DNA of 64,000 nt from an uncultured Arthrobacter sp. GTDB taxonomy: Bacteria; Actinomycetota; Actinomycetes; Actinomycetales; Micrococcaceae. Made by a program: the position numbers and the translations under genes. The notes under the pieces are model-generated. The model was not told the DNA's origin. It searched no databases and saw only the letters and a list, made by a program, of their open reading frames with translations. Positions 1 to 10,099 of this stretch are shown in pieces. The stretch lies in assembly GCF_964021775.1 (NCBI RefSeq), contig NZ_CAXHZI010000011.1, positions 22,336-86,335 on the forward strand. The letters run 5' to 3'. Every line of letters begins with the position of its first letter. The stretch's first letter is position 1.

Positions 1-2
1 AG

Positions 3-3000
3 CGGGCCAAGCTGGTGTTCAGCGAGGCCCGGGTTTCCGGGATCCTCCGCGCGGGCGGCACCATCGTCACGGATTCCGGCAGGCCCCGGCCCTTCCCGGC
101 CGCCAGGCCGCCGGTCCCCGGTGACGACGCTTGGGTCATCTTCACCTCCGGCTCCACCGGCACGCCCAAGGGCGTCGCGGTACGGCACAGCTCGGCCGCA
201 GCCTTCGTCGACGCCGAGGCGCGGATCTTCCTCCAGGCCGAGCCCGTCGGTCCGCAGGACCGCGTGCTGGCCGGACTCTCGGTCGCCTTCGACGCGTCCT
301 GCGAGGAAATGTGGCTGGCCTGGCGGCACGGGGCGTGCCTGGTCCCGGCGCCCCGTGCCCTGGTCCGGACCGGCATGGACCTGGGGCCCTGGCTCATCAA
401 CCACGGCATCACGGTGGTCTCCACGGTGCCCACCCTCGCAGCGCTGTGGCCCGTCGAGTCGCTGGAAAGCGTCCGGCTGCTCATCTTCGGCGGCGAGGCC
501 TGCCCGCCCGAACTGGCCGAACGCCTCGCCGTCGACGGACGCGAAGTCTGGAACACCTACGGCCCCACCGAGGCCACCGTCGTGGCCTGCGCGGCGCCGC
601 TGGGCGGCCCGGGACCGGTCCGGATCGGACTGCCGCTGGACGGCTGGGACCTCGCCGTCGTGGACTCCGACGGCGTGCCGGTCGCCGAGGGCGGAATCGG
701 GGAACTCATCATCGGCGGGGTCGGGCTCGCCCGCTACCTCGATCCGGCCAAGGACGCGGAAAAGTACGCTCCGCTGCCGGCGCTGGGCTGGCAGCGCGCC
801 TACCGCTCCGGGGACCTGGTCCGCTACGAGCGGGCCGGCCTGCTCTTTGTCGGCCGCGCCGACGAACAGGTCAAACTGGGTGGGCGCCGGATCGAACTCG
901 GCGAAATCGACGCCGCCCTCCAGTCGCTGCCCGACGTCGCCGGGGCGGCGGCAGCGGTGCGGACGACGGCGGCCGGGAACCAGGTGCTGGTTGGCTACCT
1001 CGCGCCGGCCGACGGCAGGACGCTGGACCTGGCGGCGGCGCGGGCCTTGCTCGCTTCGAGCCTGCCCGCGCCGCTGATTCCGCTGCTGACCGTGGTGGAC
1101 GCCCTGCCGACGAAGACCAGCGGCAAGGTGGACCGGCACGCACTGCCGTGGCCGCTGGCCGGGGCGGGCGCCGCCGATGCCGCGGCGGCGCCGTTGAACC
1201 TGCCCGATGATGCCCGCTGGATCGTGGAACAGTGGAGTGCGGTGCTCGGCGGCACCGTGGCGGACCTCGACGCCGACTTCTTTGCCTTCGGCGGCGGCTC
1301 GCTGGCCGCGGCCCAGCTCGTCTCCGCCCTGCGGGTCCGCTACCCCACGATCACGGTGGCGGACATCTATGCCACGCCCCGGATCGGGGCCTTGATCGAT
1401 ACGGCGCGCCAGTCGCTGCCGGACGGCGCGGCCCCCGCGGCCGGCGAGCGTTCCGTGCGCCCCACCTCCCGCCGGGCCCAGTGGGTGCAGACGCTGCTGG
1501 GCGTCCCGCTGCACATCCTCGTCGGGATGCGCTGGCTGACCTACCTGATGGCGGCGAACAACGTGCTCGCCTCCCTCGCCGGTTTCAGCGCGGCACCAAC
1601 GCTGTCCTGGTGGTGGGTGGGGGCGTCCTGGCTGGTGTTCGTCAGCCCGGCCGGCCGGATGGCGATCTCCGTGGCCGCTGCGCGGTTCCTGCTGCGCAAC
1701 GTGGGGCCGGGAAGCTACCCGCGCTCCGGACGGGTGCATCTGCGGCTGTGGCTGGCCGAGCAGATCCAGGATCTTGCCGGTGCCGTCAGCCTCGCCAGCG
1801 CCCCCTGGGTGCCGTACTACGCCAGGGCCCTGGGCGCCAGGATCGGCCACAACGTCCAACTCCACTCGCTGCCGCCGGTGACCGGATTGCTCTCGCTCGG
1901 CAACGGCTGCAACATCGAACCTGAGGTGGATCTTTCCGGCTGGTGGATCGACGGCGACGCCGTCCACATCGGTGCCATCCACATCGGCGCCGGAGCCGTC
2001 GTCGGCGCCCGCAGCACACTCATGCCCGGGGCCAGCATCGGCGCCGGCGCGCAGGTGGAACCGGGCTCCGCTGTGCTCGGACGGGTCAAAGCCGGCCATC
2101 TGGTGGCCGGTTCCCCGGCCGAACGGCGGGGCAAGGCCAAACACGGCTGGCCGGACACCCCGCCGGAGCACCACCTGATTGGCCGGTTGTGGTTTGCCGG
2201 TTTCGCCTCCGCCTCGGCCGTCCTGGCCCTGATCCCCTACCTGTCCGCCGCGGCAGCGGCCCTGGTGATCTTCCTCCTCATCCAGGGACACGGCTCACTG
2301 CTCGACGCCCTGCCGCAGCTGGCCGCCGCGCTTCCGCTGGCAGCGCTCGCGTGGTTCGGCACCAACCTGCTGCTCATCCTCGGCACCACCCGTTTGCTCG
2401 GCCTGGGGCTGCGCGCCGGCTACTACCGGGTGCGCAGCCGGATCGGCTGGCAGGTCTGGGCCACCGAGCGGGTCCTCGACCTGGCCCGCGACCTGCTTTT
2501 CCCGGTCTACGCCAGCCTCTTCACCCCCGTCTGGCTGCGCCTGCTCGGCGCCCGGATCGGCCGGAACGTGGAGGCGTCCACGGTGCTGCTGATCCCGAAA
2601 ATGACGACCGTGGGCGAGGGCGCCTTCCTGGCCGACGACACCATGATCGCCTCCTACGAACTCGGCGGCGGCTGGATGCGGATCGCGCCGGCCAAGGTGG
2701 GCAAGCGCTCCTTCCTGGGCAACTCCGGCATGACCGCCGCGGGCCGGAGTGTGCCCAAGAACTCCCTGGTGGCCGTGCTGTCCGCGACCCCCGCCAAGGC
2801 GAAGGCGGGTACCTCCTGGCTGGGCAGCCCGCCAGTGCGGCTGCGCCGGACCGCCATCGCCTCCGATGACAGCCGGACCTTCCAGCCGCCGCTGCGGCTC
2901 AAGCTGGCCCGGGCGCTGTGGGAGCTTTGCCGCTTTATACCGGTGGTGCTGACCGTGGCCGTAGCCGCCGGCGTGCTGGTGGCGCTCGACTGGCTGGCAG

Positions 3001-3596
3001 GCAGCTTCAGCTACGCGGTGGCGGCCCTGGCGTGCGGCGTCGTGGTCCTCCTGGCCGGGGCGGTCGCCGCCGGCAGCGCCGTCGTCGCGAAGTGGTTGCT
3101 GGTGGGACGCATCCGCCCGGGTGAGCACCCGCTCTGGAGCTCCTTCATCTGGCGGAACGAGGTGGTGGACACCTTCATCGAAATGGTCAGCGCCCCCTGG
3201 TTCGCGCGCGCGGCGTCCGGCACCCCGGCCCTCGTCTGGTGGCTGCGCGCCCTGGGGGCCAGGATCGGGGCCGGAACCTGGTGCGAAAGCTACTGGCTGC
3301 CGGAGGCGGACCTCGTCACCCTGGGCCGCAGCGCCACGGTCAACCGCGGCTGCGTGGTCCAGACCCATCTGTTCCACGACCGGGTGATGAGCATCGACAC
3401 TGTTACGCTCGAGGACGGGGCCACGATGGGCCCGCACGGGGTCATCCTGCCGCGGGCCCGGATCGGCAACGGGGGCACGGTGGGACCGGCATCACTCGTG
3501 ATGAGGGGCGAAACCGTTCCCGCCGCGACGTATTGGATGGGAAATCCGGTCAGCCCGTGGGGCGGCCCGGATGTTCCCGCGCCCAAGCCGAAGTAG
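3..3596 (+). CDS. Pls/PosA-family membrane-bound NRPS-like poly(amino acid) synthetase (A-PCP-TM/C-like domains); 5' end lies outside the window
   Basis: A-domain motifs FTSGSTGTPKG, FDAS, NTYGPTE, YRSGDL, TSGKVDR; PCP FFAFGGGSL; then hydrophobic TM pairs alternating with three hexapeptide-repeat-like (xxIGxxxxxG) domains; frame open from position 3. Confidence 0.9.
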   Translation, partial: RAKLVFSEARVSGILRAGGTIVTDSGRPRPFPAARPPVPGDDAWVIFTSGSTGTPKGVAVRHSSAAAFVDAEARIFLQAEPVGPQDRVLAGLSVAFDASCEEMWLAWRHGACLVPAPRALVRTGMDLGPWLINHGITVVSTVPTLAALWPVESLESVRLLIFGGEACPPELAERLAVDGREVWNTYGPTEATVVACAAPLGGPGPVRIGLPLDGWDLAVVDSDGVPVAEGGIGELIIGGVGLARYLDPAKDAEKYAPLPALGWQRAYRSGDLVRYERAGLLFVGRADEQVKLGGRRIELGEIDAALQSLPDVAGAAAAVRTTAAGNQVLVGYLAPADGRTLDLAAARALLASSLPAPLIPLLTVVDALPTKTSGKVDRHALPWPLAGAGAADAAAAPLNLPDDARWIVEQWSAVLGGTVADLDADFFAFGGGSLAAAQLVSALRVRYPTITVADIYATPRIGALIDTARQSLPDGAAPAAGERSVRPTSRRAQWVQTLLGVPLHILVGMRWLTYLMAANNVLASLAGFSAAPTLSWWWVGASWLVFVSPAGRMAISVAAARFLLRNVGPGSYPRSGRVHLRLWLAEQIQDLAGAVSLASAPWVPYYARALGARIGHNVQLHSLPPVTGLLSLGNGCNIEPEVDLSGWWIDGDAVHIGAIHIGAGAVVGARSTLMPGASIGAGAQVEPGSAVLGRVKAGHLVAGSPAERRGKAKHGWPDTPPEHHLIGRLWFAGFASASAVLALIPYLSAAAAALVIFLLIQGHGSLLDALPQLAAALPLAALAWFGTNLLLILGTTRLLGLGLRAGYYRVRSRIGWQVWATERVLDLARDLLFPVYASLFTPVWLRLLGARIGRNVEASTVLLIPKMTTVGEGAFLADDTMIASYELGGGWMRIAPAKVGKRSFLGNSGMTAAGRSVPKNSLVAVLSATPAKAKAGTSWLGSPPVRLRRTAIASDDSRTFQPPLRLKLARALWELCRFIPVVLTVAVAAGVLVALDWLAGSFSYAVAALACGVVVLLAGAVAAGSAVVAKWLLVGRIRPGEHPLWSSFIWRNEVVDTFIEMVSAPWFARAASGTPALVWWLRALGARIGAGTWCESYWLPEADLVTLGRSATVNRGCVVQTHLFHDRVMSIDTVTLEDGATMGPHGVILPRARIGNGGTVGPASLVMRGETVPAATYWMGNPVSPWGGPDVPAPKPK

Positions 3597-3662
3597 TCCC
3601 GCACCGTCCGTGTACCGTCCGGAAGGCGCCCCACGCCGACCGCAACCACCGAAGGCCGTCCC

Positions 3663-5036
3663 ATGACTCCCACCGCATCAGCCGCCGGGAAATTTCCCGC
3701 TGAGCTGCCTGCCGAAGCGCCCGCGGCTGCCCCGGATCCCTACATGCCCGGCCACGGCACCGACGTCTACCGCGTCACCCGCTACGAGCTGGAGCTCGAC
3801 TACCGGATCAACAGCAACCACTTGAGCGGACGGGCCACGCTGCACGCGGTCGCCCGGCGGCAGAGTTCCGCCATTGTCCTGGACCTGACCGGGCTGCGGG
3901 CCACCAAGGTGCTGATGCCCGGGAAGAAAGTGCGCAAATTCAACCAGCGCGCGGAGCGGCTGGTGGTTGTCCCGGACACGGCTCTGCTGCCCGGCGACGA
4001 GTTCACCCTGGACATCCGCTACGAAGGCAATCCGGCTCCCCGCCGCGGGCTCTGGGGCGAGGTGGGCTGGGAGGAGCTGAGCGACGGCGTCCTGGTCGCC
4101 GGGCAGCCCAACGGTGCGGCATCGTGGTTCCCCTGCAACGACCATCCGCGGGACAAGGCCAGCTACCGCATTGCGGTCACCACGGACGCCAACTACCGGG
4201 CTGTCTGCAACGGTGTACTGGTCTCGCACCAGGCCCGCTCCAGCCGCGAAACCTGGGTCTACGAGCAGGCCGAGCCGATGGCCAGCTACCTCGCCACGGT
4301 CCAGATCGGCCGGTACGAGCTGCTGCAGCTCAATCCGGACCGGGCGCCCGGCGACGTCGCCCAGACCGCCGCGGTGCCGGCCGAGCTGGCAGCCGAGGCC
4401 CGGGCCGGGCTCGCCCGCCAGCCGGAGATGATGCGTGCCTTCACCAGCTGCTTCGGGGCCTACCCGTTCGACGATTACACCGTGGTGGTGACGGAGGACG
4501 CCCTGGAGATCCCGCTGGAGGCCCAGTCCCTGTCCATTTTCGGCCGCAACCACCTGGCGCCCGACTGGGAATCGCAGCGGCTGATCGCGCACGAACTGTC
4601 CCACCAGTGGTTCGGGAATTCGCTGACGGCAGCGTCGTGGAAGGACATCTGGCTGCACGAGGGCTTCGCCTGCTACGCGGAGTGGATCTGGTCCGAGGAG
4701 GCCGGCATCATGAGTGTGGCCGACCGCGCCCGGGCTGCCTGGCGGATGCTCAACCGCGCGGGCCAGGACCTGCTGGTCGGTGACCCGGGACCGGAATTGA
4801 TGTTCGATGACCGGGTCTACAAACGCGGCGCCCTGGCCCTGCACGCCGTCCGCGTGCACTGCGGCGATCTCGCGTTCTTCGCGCTCCTGCATGACTGGAC
4901 CGGCAGCCACCGGCACGGCTCCGTCACCACGGAGGACTTCATCCTGGCAGCGGCCCGGGTGACCGGGACCGACGCCGACGCCGTGCTGCACCCCTGGCTC
5001 TACGAAGAGGCGCTGCCGCCGCTGCCAGCCGGCTGA
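3663..5036 (+). CDS. M1-family zinc metallopeptidase
   Basis: HELSH (HEXXH) plus downstream WLHEGFA glutamate and Tyr in DRVYKRG; directly downstream of the NRPS. Confidence 0.88.
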   Translation: MTPTASAAGKFPAELPAEAPAAAPDPYMPGHGTDVYRVTRYELELDYRINSNHLSGRATLHAVARRQSSAIVLDLTGLRATKVLMPGKKVRKFNQRAERLVVVPDTALLPGDEFTLDIRYEGNPAPRRGLWGEVGWEELSDGVLVAGQPNGAASWFPCNDHPRDKASYRIAVTTDANYRAVCNGVLVSHQARSSRETWVYEQAEPMASYLATVQIGRYELLQLNPDRAPGDVAQTAAVPAELAAEARAGLARQPEMMRAFTSCFGAYPFDDYTVVVTEDALEIPLEAQSLSIFGRNHLAPDWESQRLIAHELSHQWFGNSLTAASWKDIWLHEGFACYAEWIWSEEAGIMSVADRARAAWRMLNRAGQDLLVGDPGPELMFDDRVYKRGALALHAVRVHCGDLAFFALLHDWTGSHRHGSVTTEDFILAAARVTGTDADAVLHPWLYEEALPPLPAG

Positions 5037-5760
5037 CCGCCTGTGAAGTTGGCCCGGAAACCCCGCTGGCCCCCTCCGGGAGCCCGGCCAGGGCGACGGC
5101 GGCAGCGAACTGCGCGGGCAGTCCGGATTCGTCCGGTGCCAGATCCCGGACGCCGGGCCGGTGCAGCACGTCCACGCTGGCCGGCGCGGTGCGCAGTCCG
5201 GTACCGCACAGCTTGAGCCAGGCCTCCTTGCGGGCCCAGAGCCGGGCCCGTCCTGTCAGCAGCGCGCCGCCGGAGAGCCCGCGCAGACTGTCTCGCTCCG
5301 CCGGGCCCAGCGCAATGTCGTCAAAGCCGTCAAAATCGGCACCCGCCGGGTCCTGGACGTCGACGCCGAGGCTGAGTCCCGGTTCGGGATCACGCACGGC
5401 TGCCAGCAGCACCCAGCCCGCGCTGCGGGACAGGCTGAGCAGCAGCGGCACCGGCACACCGTCCAGCGTGTAGCCGGGCCGGCCGTGCGGGCCGCCCGGA
5501 CCGCACTGCGGGCAGTCGTAGGCGGCGGTGAGCTCCGACGCCGGCACGCCCAGCAGTTCCGCCGCGAAGCGCCGCTGGGCCAGCCGGCCGGCCAGGAAGT
5601 CCTCCCGGGGTCCGGGTTGCAGGCTCTGGGCGCGCCCGAGTTCGACGTCGTCCAGCAGCTCACGGGCGGCGCCCAAGGTCGCGGCGGCGCCAGGGGTCCC
5701 GTCGGGTGCACCGGGGAGGCGAAAGGGCGGGACCGACCGCACTATTAGCTGCGATGCCAT
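4939..5760 (-). CDS. Sfp-type 4'-phosphopantetheinyl transferase
   Basis: SLSRS, GVDVQ and WARKEAWLK motifs; AGGAGG RBS upstream; 3' end overlaps the peptidase gene. Confidence 0.82.
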   Translation of the reverse strand: MASQLIVRSVPPFRLPGAPDGTPGAAATLGAARELLDDVELGRAQSLQPGPREDFLAGRLAQRRFAAELLGVPASELTAAYDCPQCGPGGPHGRPGYTLDGVPVPLLLSLSRSAGWVLLAAVRDPEPGLSLGVDVQDPAGADFDGFDDIALGPAERDSLRGLSGGALLTGRARLWARKEAWLKLCGTGLRTAPASVDVLHRPGVRDLAPDESGLPAQFAAAVALAGLPEGASGVSGPTSQAVSRLAAAAAPLRRARGAARRRRRSRSPGPLPG

Positions 5761-5802
5761 GGTCCCGCCCTCCTGTATTTCCTTCCAGGGCCTTCCTCGA
5801 CG

Positions 5803-8346
5803 CTAGCGCTGCACGGCGCCGAAACGCTCGCGGGCGGCGGCGACCGCGCTGTCGCGGGCGGCCGAGGCCTCATCCGCGGTCAGCGTCCGGTCATCGGCGC
5901 GGAAGCGCAGGTTGAACGCGAGCGACTTCTTGCCGTCCTCGATGCCCTTGCCGGCGTAGACGTCGAACAGGGACACCTCCTCGAGGAGCTCCCCCGCACC
6001 GTCGCGCAGCGCACCCAGCACCGCGTCCGCCGGAACATCGGCCGCCACCACGAGGGCAACGTCCTGGGTTGCCACGGGGTAGCTGGAGATGTGCCGGGCA
6101 ACGATCACGTCGGCGGCGGCGTCGAAGAGGGCATCGGCGTTCAGTTCCAGCGCCACCGAACGGGCGGGCATGTCATGCGCCGCGAGCAGCTTCGGGTGCA
6201 GTTCGCCCGCGTAGCCCACGACCGCGCCGGTGCGCAGCGCCAGCTGTGCGGCCCGGCCCGGATGGAACGCCTGGTGCTGGCCCTGGCTGACCACGAGCTC
6301 GACGCCGAGGACGTCGCCGGCGAGCCGGGCGATGTCCAGCGCGTCGGCCCAGTCCCAGGGGCGCGGCGCGTGCGCCGGTGCGGCCGGGGAATCATGGCCG
6401 GTCAGCACGGCGGCGAGGTGCAGCGGCTGGTCCGGGACGCCGTCGTACAGGCCGTCCAGCACCTCATCGGAGGGCTTAGCGCCCAGCGGCGGAATCGAGG
6501 CGGTGCCCAGCGTGCCGCCGGGCAGGAACACCAGCCCGGACTCGAAGAGCGCGAGGTCGCGGAAACCGCGGGAGTGATTGCGCTTGGCGACCTCGATCAG
6601 CCCCGGCAGGATGGAGGTCCGCAGGTAGCCCTGCTCCTCGCTGATCGGGTTGGCCAGCTTGAGCGCCGTCCGTTCCGCCCCGGCCGTGGGGACCCCGAAG
6701 GTGTCGTTGGCGGCCTTGGAGACGAACGGGTACGCCATCACCTCGGTCAGGCCGGCGTCGGCCAGCGCCTGGACGAGCCGGCGGCGCTGCTGCTGGACGC
6801 GGGTCAGCCCGCGGCCGGGGGGCGCCACCGGCAGGGTCGCGGGGATCTTGTCGTAGCCGACCAGCCGCGCGATTTCCTCGGTGAGGTCTTCCTTGGTTTC
6901 CAGGTCGTTGCGCCAGCTCGGGGCCGTGACACTGTAGCCGGTGCCGGTCTTTTCGACGGCTGCGCCAAGGTCCTGGAGCGAGGTCAGGATCTGTTCCTCG
7001 GTGAAGTCGATGCCGATCCGCTCGGCGGCGAAGGCGGCGGGCAGCTGCACGGTTACCGGCGCCGGCGCGGTGCCGACGTCGGTGCCCTCGGCGGCGGGGG
7101 TGCCGCCGGCGAGTTCCACGAGGAGGTCGACGGCGCGCTGGGCGGCCACGTGGGCGACGTGCCAGTCGACGCCGCGTTCGAAGCGCTTGGACGCCTCGGA
7201 GGGCAACTTGTGGCGGCGGCGCGAACGGGCAATCGAGACTTCCTCGAAGTGCGCGGCCTCGATCAGGATGGTCGACGTCGCGTCGCTGACCTCGGTGGCG
7301 GCGCCGCCCATCACGCCGGCGACGCCGATCGGGCCGGAGCCGTCGGTGATCAGGAGGTCCTCGGCGTCGAGGGTACGCTCCTTGCCGTCCAGGGTCTTGA
7401 GCTTTTCACCGGCGACGGCGCGGCGGACCACGATCCCGCCGGTGAGCTTGTCCTGGTCGTAGAAGTGCAGCGGCTGGCCGAGTTCCAGCATGACGTAGTT
7501 GGAGATGTCCACCGGCAGCGAGATGGAGCGGATGCCGGCGAGCCGGAGCCGGGCGGACATCCACGGCGGGGTGGGGCGGGTGGCGTCCACGCCGTGTACG
7601 GTGCGGGCCACGAAGCGGTCGCAGCCCGGCTTGCCATAGATCGGCGCGTCGTCGTTGAGCTTGACCGGGTAGCCGCCGGCCAGCGCGTCGGGGGCCTGGA
7701 CCTTGGACGCCGGGTCGGTGAACTCGGTGCCGGTGGCGTGCGCGTATTCGCGGGCCACGCCGCGGATCGAGAAGCAGTAGCTGCGGTCCGGGGTGACGTT
7801 GATTTCCGCGGCCTGGTCGTAAAGGCCCAGCAGTTCCATGGCATCGGTGCCGATTTCCGGGTCGAGGCCGATCCGGGACAGCACCAGGATCCCGTCGTGG
7901 TCCTCGCCGATGCCAAGTTCGCGGACGGAGGCGATCATGCCGGCGGACAGGTGCCCGTAAGTCTTGCGGGCGGAGATCCGGAAGTCGCCGGGCAGCACGG
8001 CGCCGGGAAGCGTGACCACCACCTTGTCGCCTTCCACGAAGTTGTGCGCGCCGCAGATGATGCCCTGCACACCGGAGGGGTCGATGCCGTCGCCGGTGAG
8101 GGTCTGTTGCTGGCCTTCGGGGACCACCCGGACCTGGCACCAGTTGATGGTCTTGCCGTTGGACTGCGGTTCCTTGACCAGGCTCAGGACCTGGCCCACC
8201 ACGATCGGGCCCTGGAGCGCGTCGGTGGGGCGATGGACCGCTTCCTCTTCGAGGCCGACCTTGACCAGTTCGGCCATCACGTCTTCGGCCGTTGCTCCGG
8301 CCGGTACCGCTGCGAATTCACGCAGCCAGGAAAGTGGGATACGCAC
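5803..8346 (-). CDS. pheT: Phenylalanine-tRNA ligase beta subunit
   Basis: MRIPLSWLREF start, ICGAHNF, ASKRFERGVD, C-terminal FDX-ACB domain LFDVY...KKSLAF. Confidence 0.97.
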   Translation of the reverse strand: MRIPLSWLREFAAVPAGATAEDVMAELVKVGLEEEAVHRPTDALQGPIVVGQVLSLVKEPQSNGKTINWCQVRVVPEGQQQTLTGDGIDPSGVQGIICGAHNFVEGDKVVVTLPGAVLPGDFRISARKTYGHLSAGMIASVRELGIGEDHDGILVLSRIGLDPEIGTDAMELLGLYDQAAEINVTPDRSYCFSIRGVAREYAHATGTEFTDPASKVQAPDALAGGYPVKLNDDAPIYGKPGCDRFVARTVHGVDATRPTPPWMSARLRLAGIRSISLPVDISNYVMLELGQPLHFYDQDKLTGGIVVRRAVAGEKLKTLDGKERTLDAEDLLITDGSGPIGVAGVMGGAATEVSDATSTILIEAAHFEEVSIARSRRRHKLPSEASKRFERGVDWHVAHVAAQRAVDLLVELAGGTPAAEGTDVGTAPAPVTVQLPAAFAAERIGIDFTEEQILTSLQDLGAAVEKTGTGYSVTAPSWRNDLETKEDLTEEIARLVGYDKIPATLPVAPPGRGLTRVQQQRRRLVQALADAGLTEVMAYPFVSKAANDTFGVPTAGAERTALKLANPISEEQGYLRTSILPGLIEVAKRNHSRGFRDLALFESGLVFLPGGTLGTASIPPLGAKPSDEVLDGLYDGVPDQPLHLAAVLTGHDSPAAPAHAPRPWDWADALDIARLAGDVLGVELVVSQGQHQAFHPGRAAQLALRTGAVVGYAGELHPKLLAAHDMPARSVALELNADALFDAAADVIVARHISSYPVATQDVALVVAADVPADAVLGALRDGAGELLEEVSLFDVYAGKGIEDGKKSLAFNLRFRADDRTLTADEASAARDSAVAAARERFGAVQR

Positions 8347-8348
8347 TG

Positions 8349-9410
<1,062 letters not shown>

Positions 9411-9438
9411 CTACTGTTCTTAGCTACGAGTCGGGTGA

Positions 9439-9488
9439 TGCCAACGCACGCAGGGCCTTCAACGGGTGCAGGGACCGGTGCGTTGGCA
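9439..9488 (-). promoter_or_regulatory. Stem-loop in the pheS 5' leader
   Basis: Perfect 11-bp inverted repeat tgccaacgcac (9439-9449) / gtgcgttggca (9478-9488) between a TAGACT -10-like hexamer (9533-9538, minus) and the pheS start. Confidence 0.4.
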
Positions 9489-9615
9489 AAGGGCAGGGCT
9501 CGCCAAAATGGCTCCGGCGGGCACTCCCGTCCAGTCTAGTTGAACCCGTCCGGCCGCCCGAACGTGACGGGCGGGGCCGGTGCCGGGCGGCACGGCTCAC
9601 CGCTAGCATGGCCTC

Positions 9616-10098
9616 ATGACGTCCGGACAGCGGCTGCGGCAGCTCGCCAATGTGCTGAATGCATCAACCCCGATGGGGTTGCTGTTGGCTGTCTGTGCCC
9701 GGGCTGGGATCCGACGCGGCCCCCGGGGCCTGATCCTCGCCACCGGCTACCGCTGGCGCCTGCCGTGGGCCGCGGCATTCACCGTAGGCAACGTGGTGCT
9801 GTTCCGAGCCGGTCCGGCGGAGGCCCTGGGCAACCCGGTATTGCTGGGGCACGAGGAGCGGCACAGCACGCAGTACGCCTGGTGCCTGGGTGTGCCGTTC
9901 CTGCCGCTGTACGTCCTGGCAGCCGGCTGGTCCCAGTGGCGCACGGGCAACCCCGGATCGGCCAATCCCTTTGAACGCCACGCCGGGCTCCAGGCCGGCG
10001 GCTACCCGCCGGCCCGCGCCAAGACCGTTACCCGGCCCCTTCCCGGGAACTCCCCATCCAAAACGGCAGGCACGGCCCCCAACCGGAACGAGGCATGA
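9616..10098 (+). CDS. Hypothetical protein with HEXXH motif (DUF4157/eCIS-core-like)
   Basis: AFTVGNVV and LLGHEERHSTQY; TAGCAT-6nt-ATG leaderless geometry; stop lies 1 nt before the next ATG. Confidence 0.6.
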   Translation: MTSGQRLRQLANVLNASTPMGLLLAVCARAGIRRGPRGLILATGYRWRLPWAAAFTVGNVVLFRAGPAEALGNPVLLGHEERHSTQYAWCLGVPFLPLYVLAAGWSQWRTGNPGSANPFERHAGLQAGGYPPARAKTVTRPLPGNSPSKTAGTAPNRNEA

Positions 10099-10099
10099 C

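Noticed and set aside
9411-9540. T-box riboswitch upstream of pheS
   Set aside because: No T-box consensus (AAGGTGGTACCGCG-like) or specifier stem, and the leader is too short.
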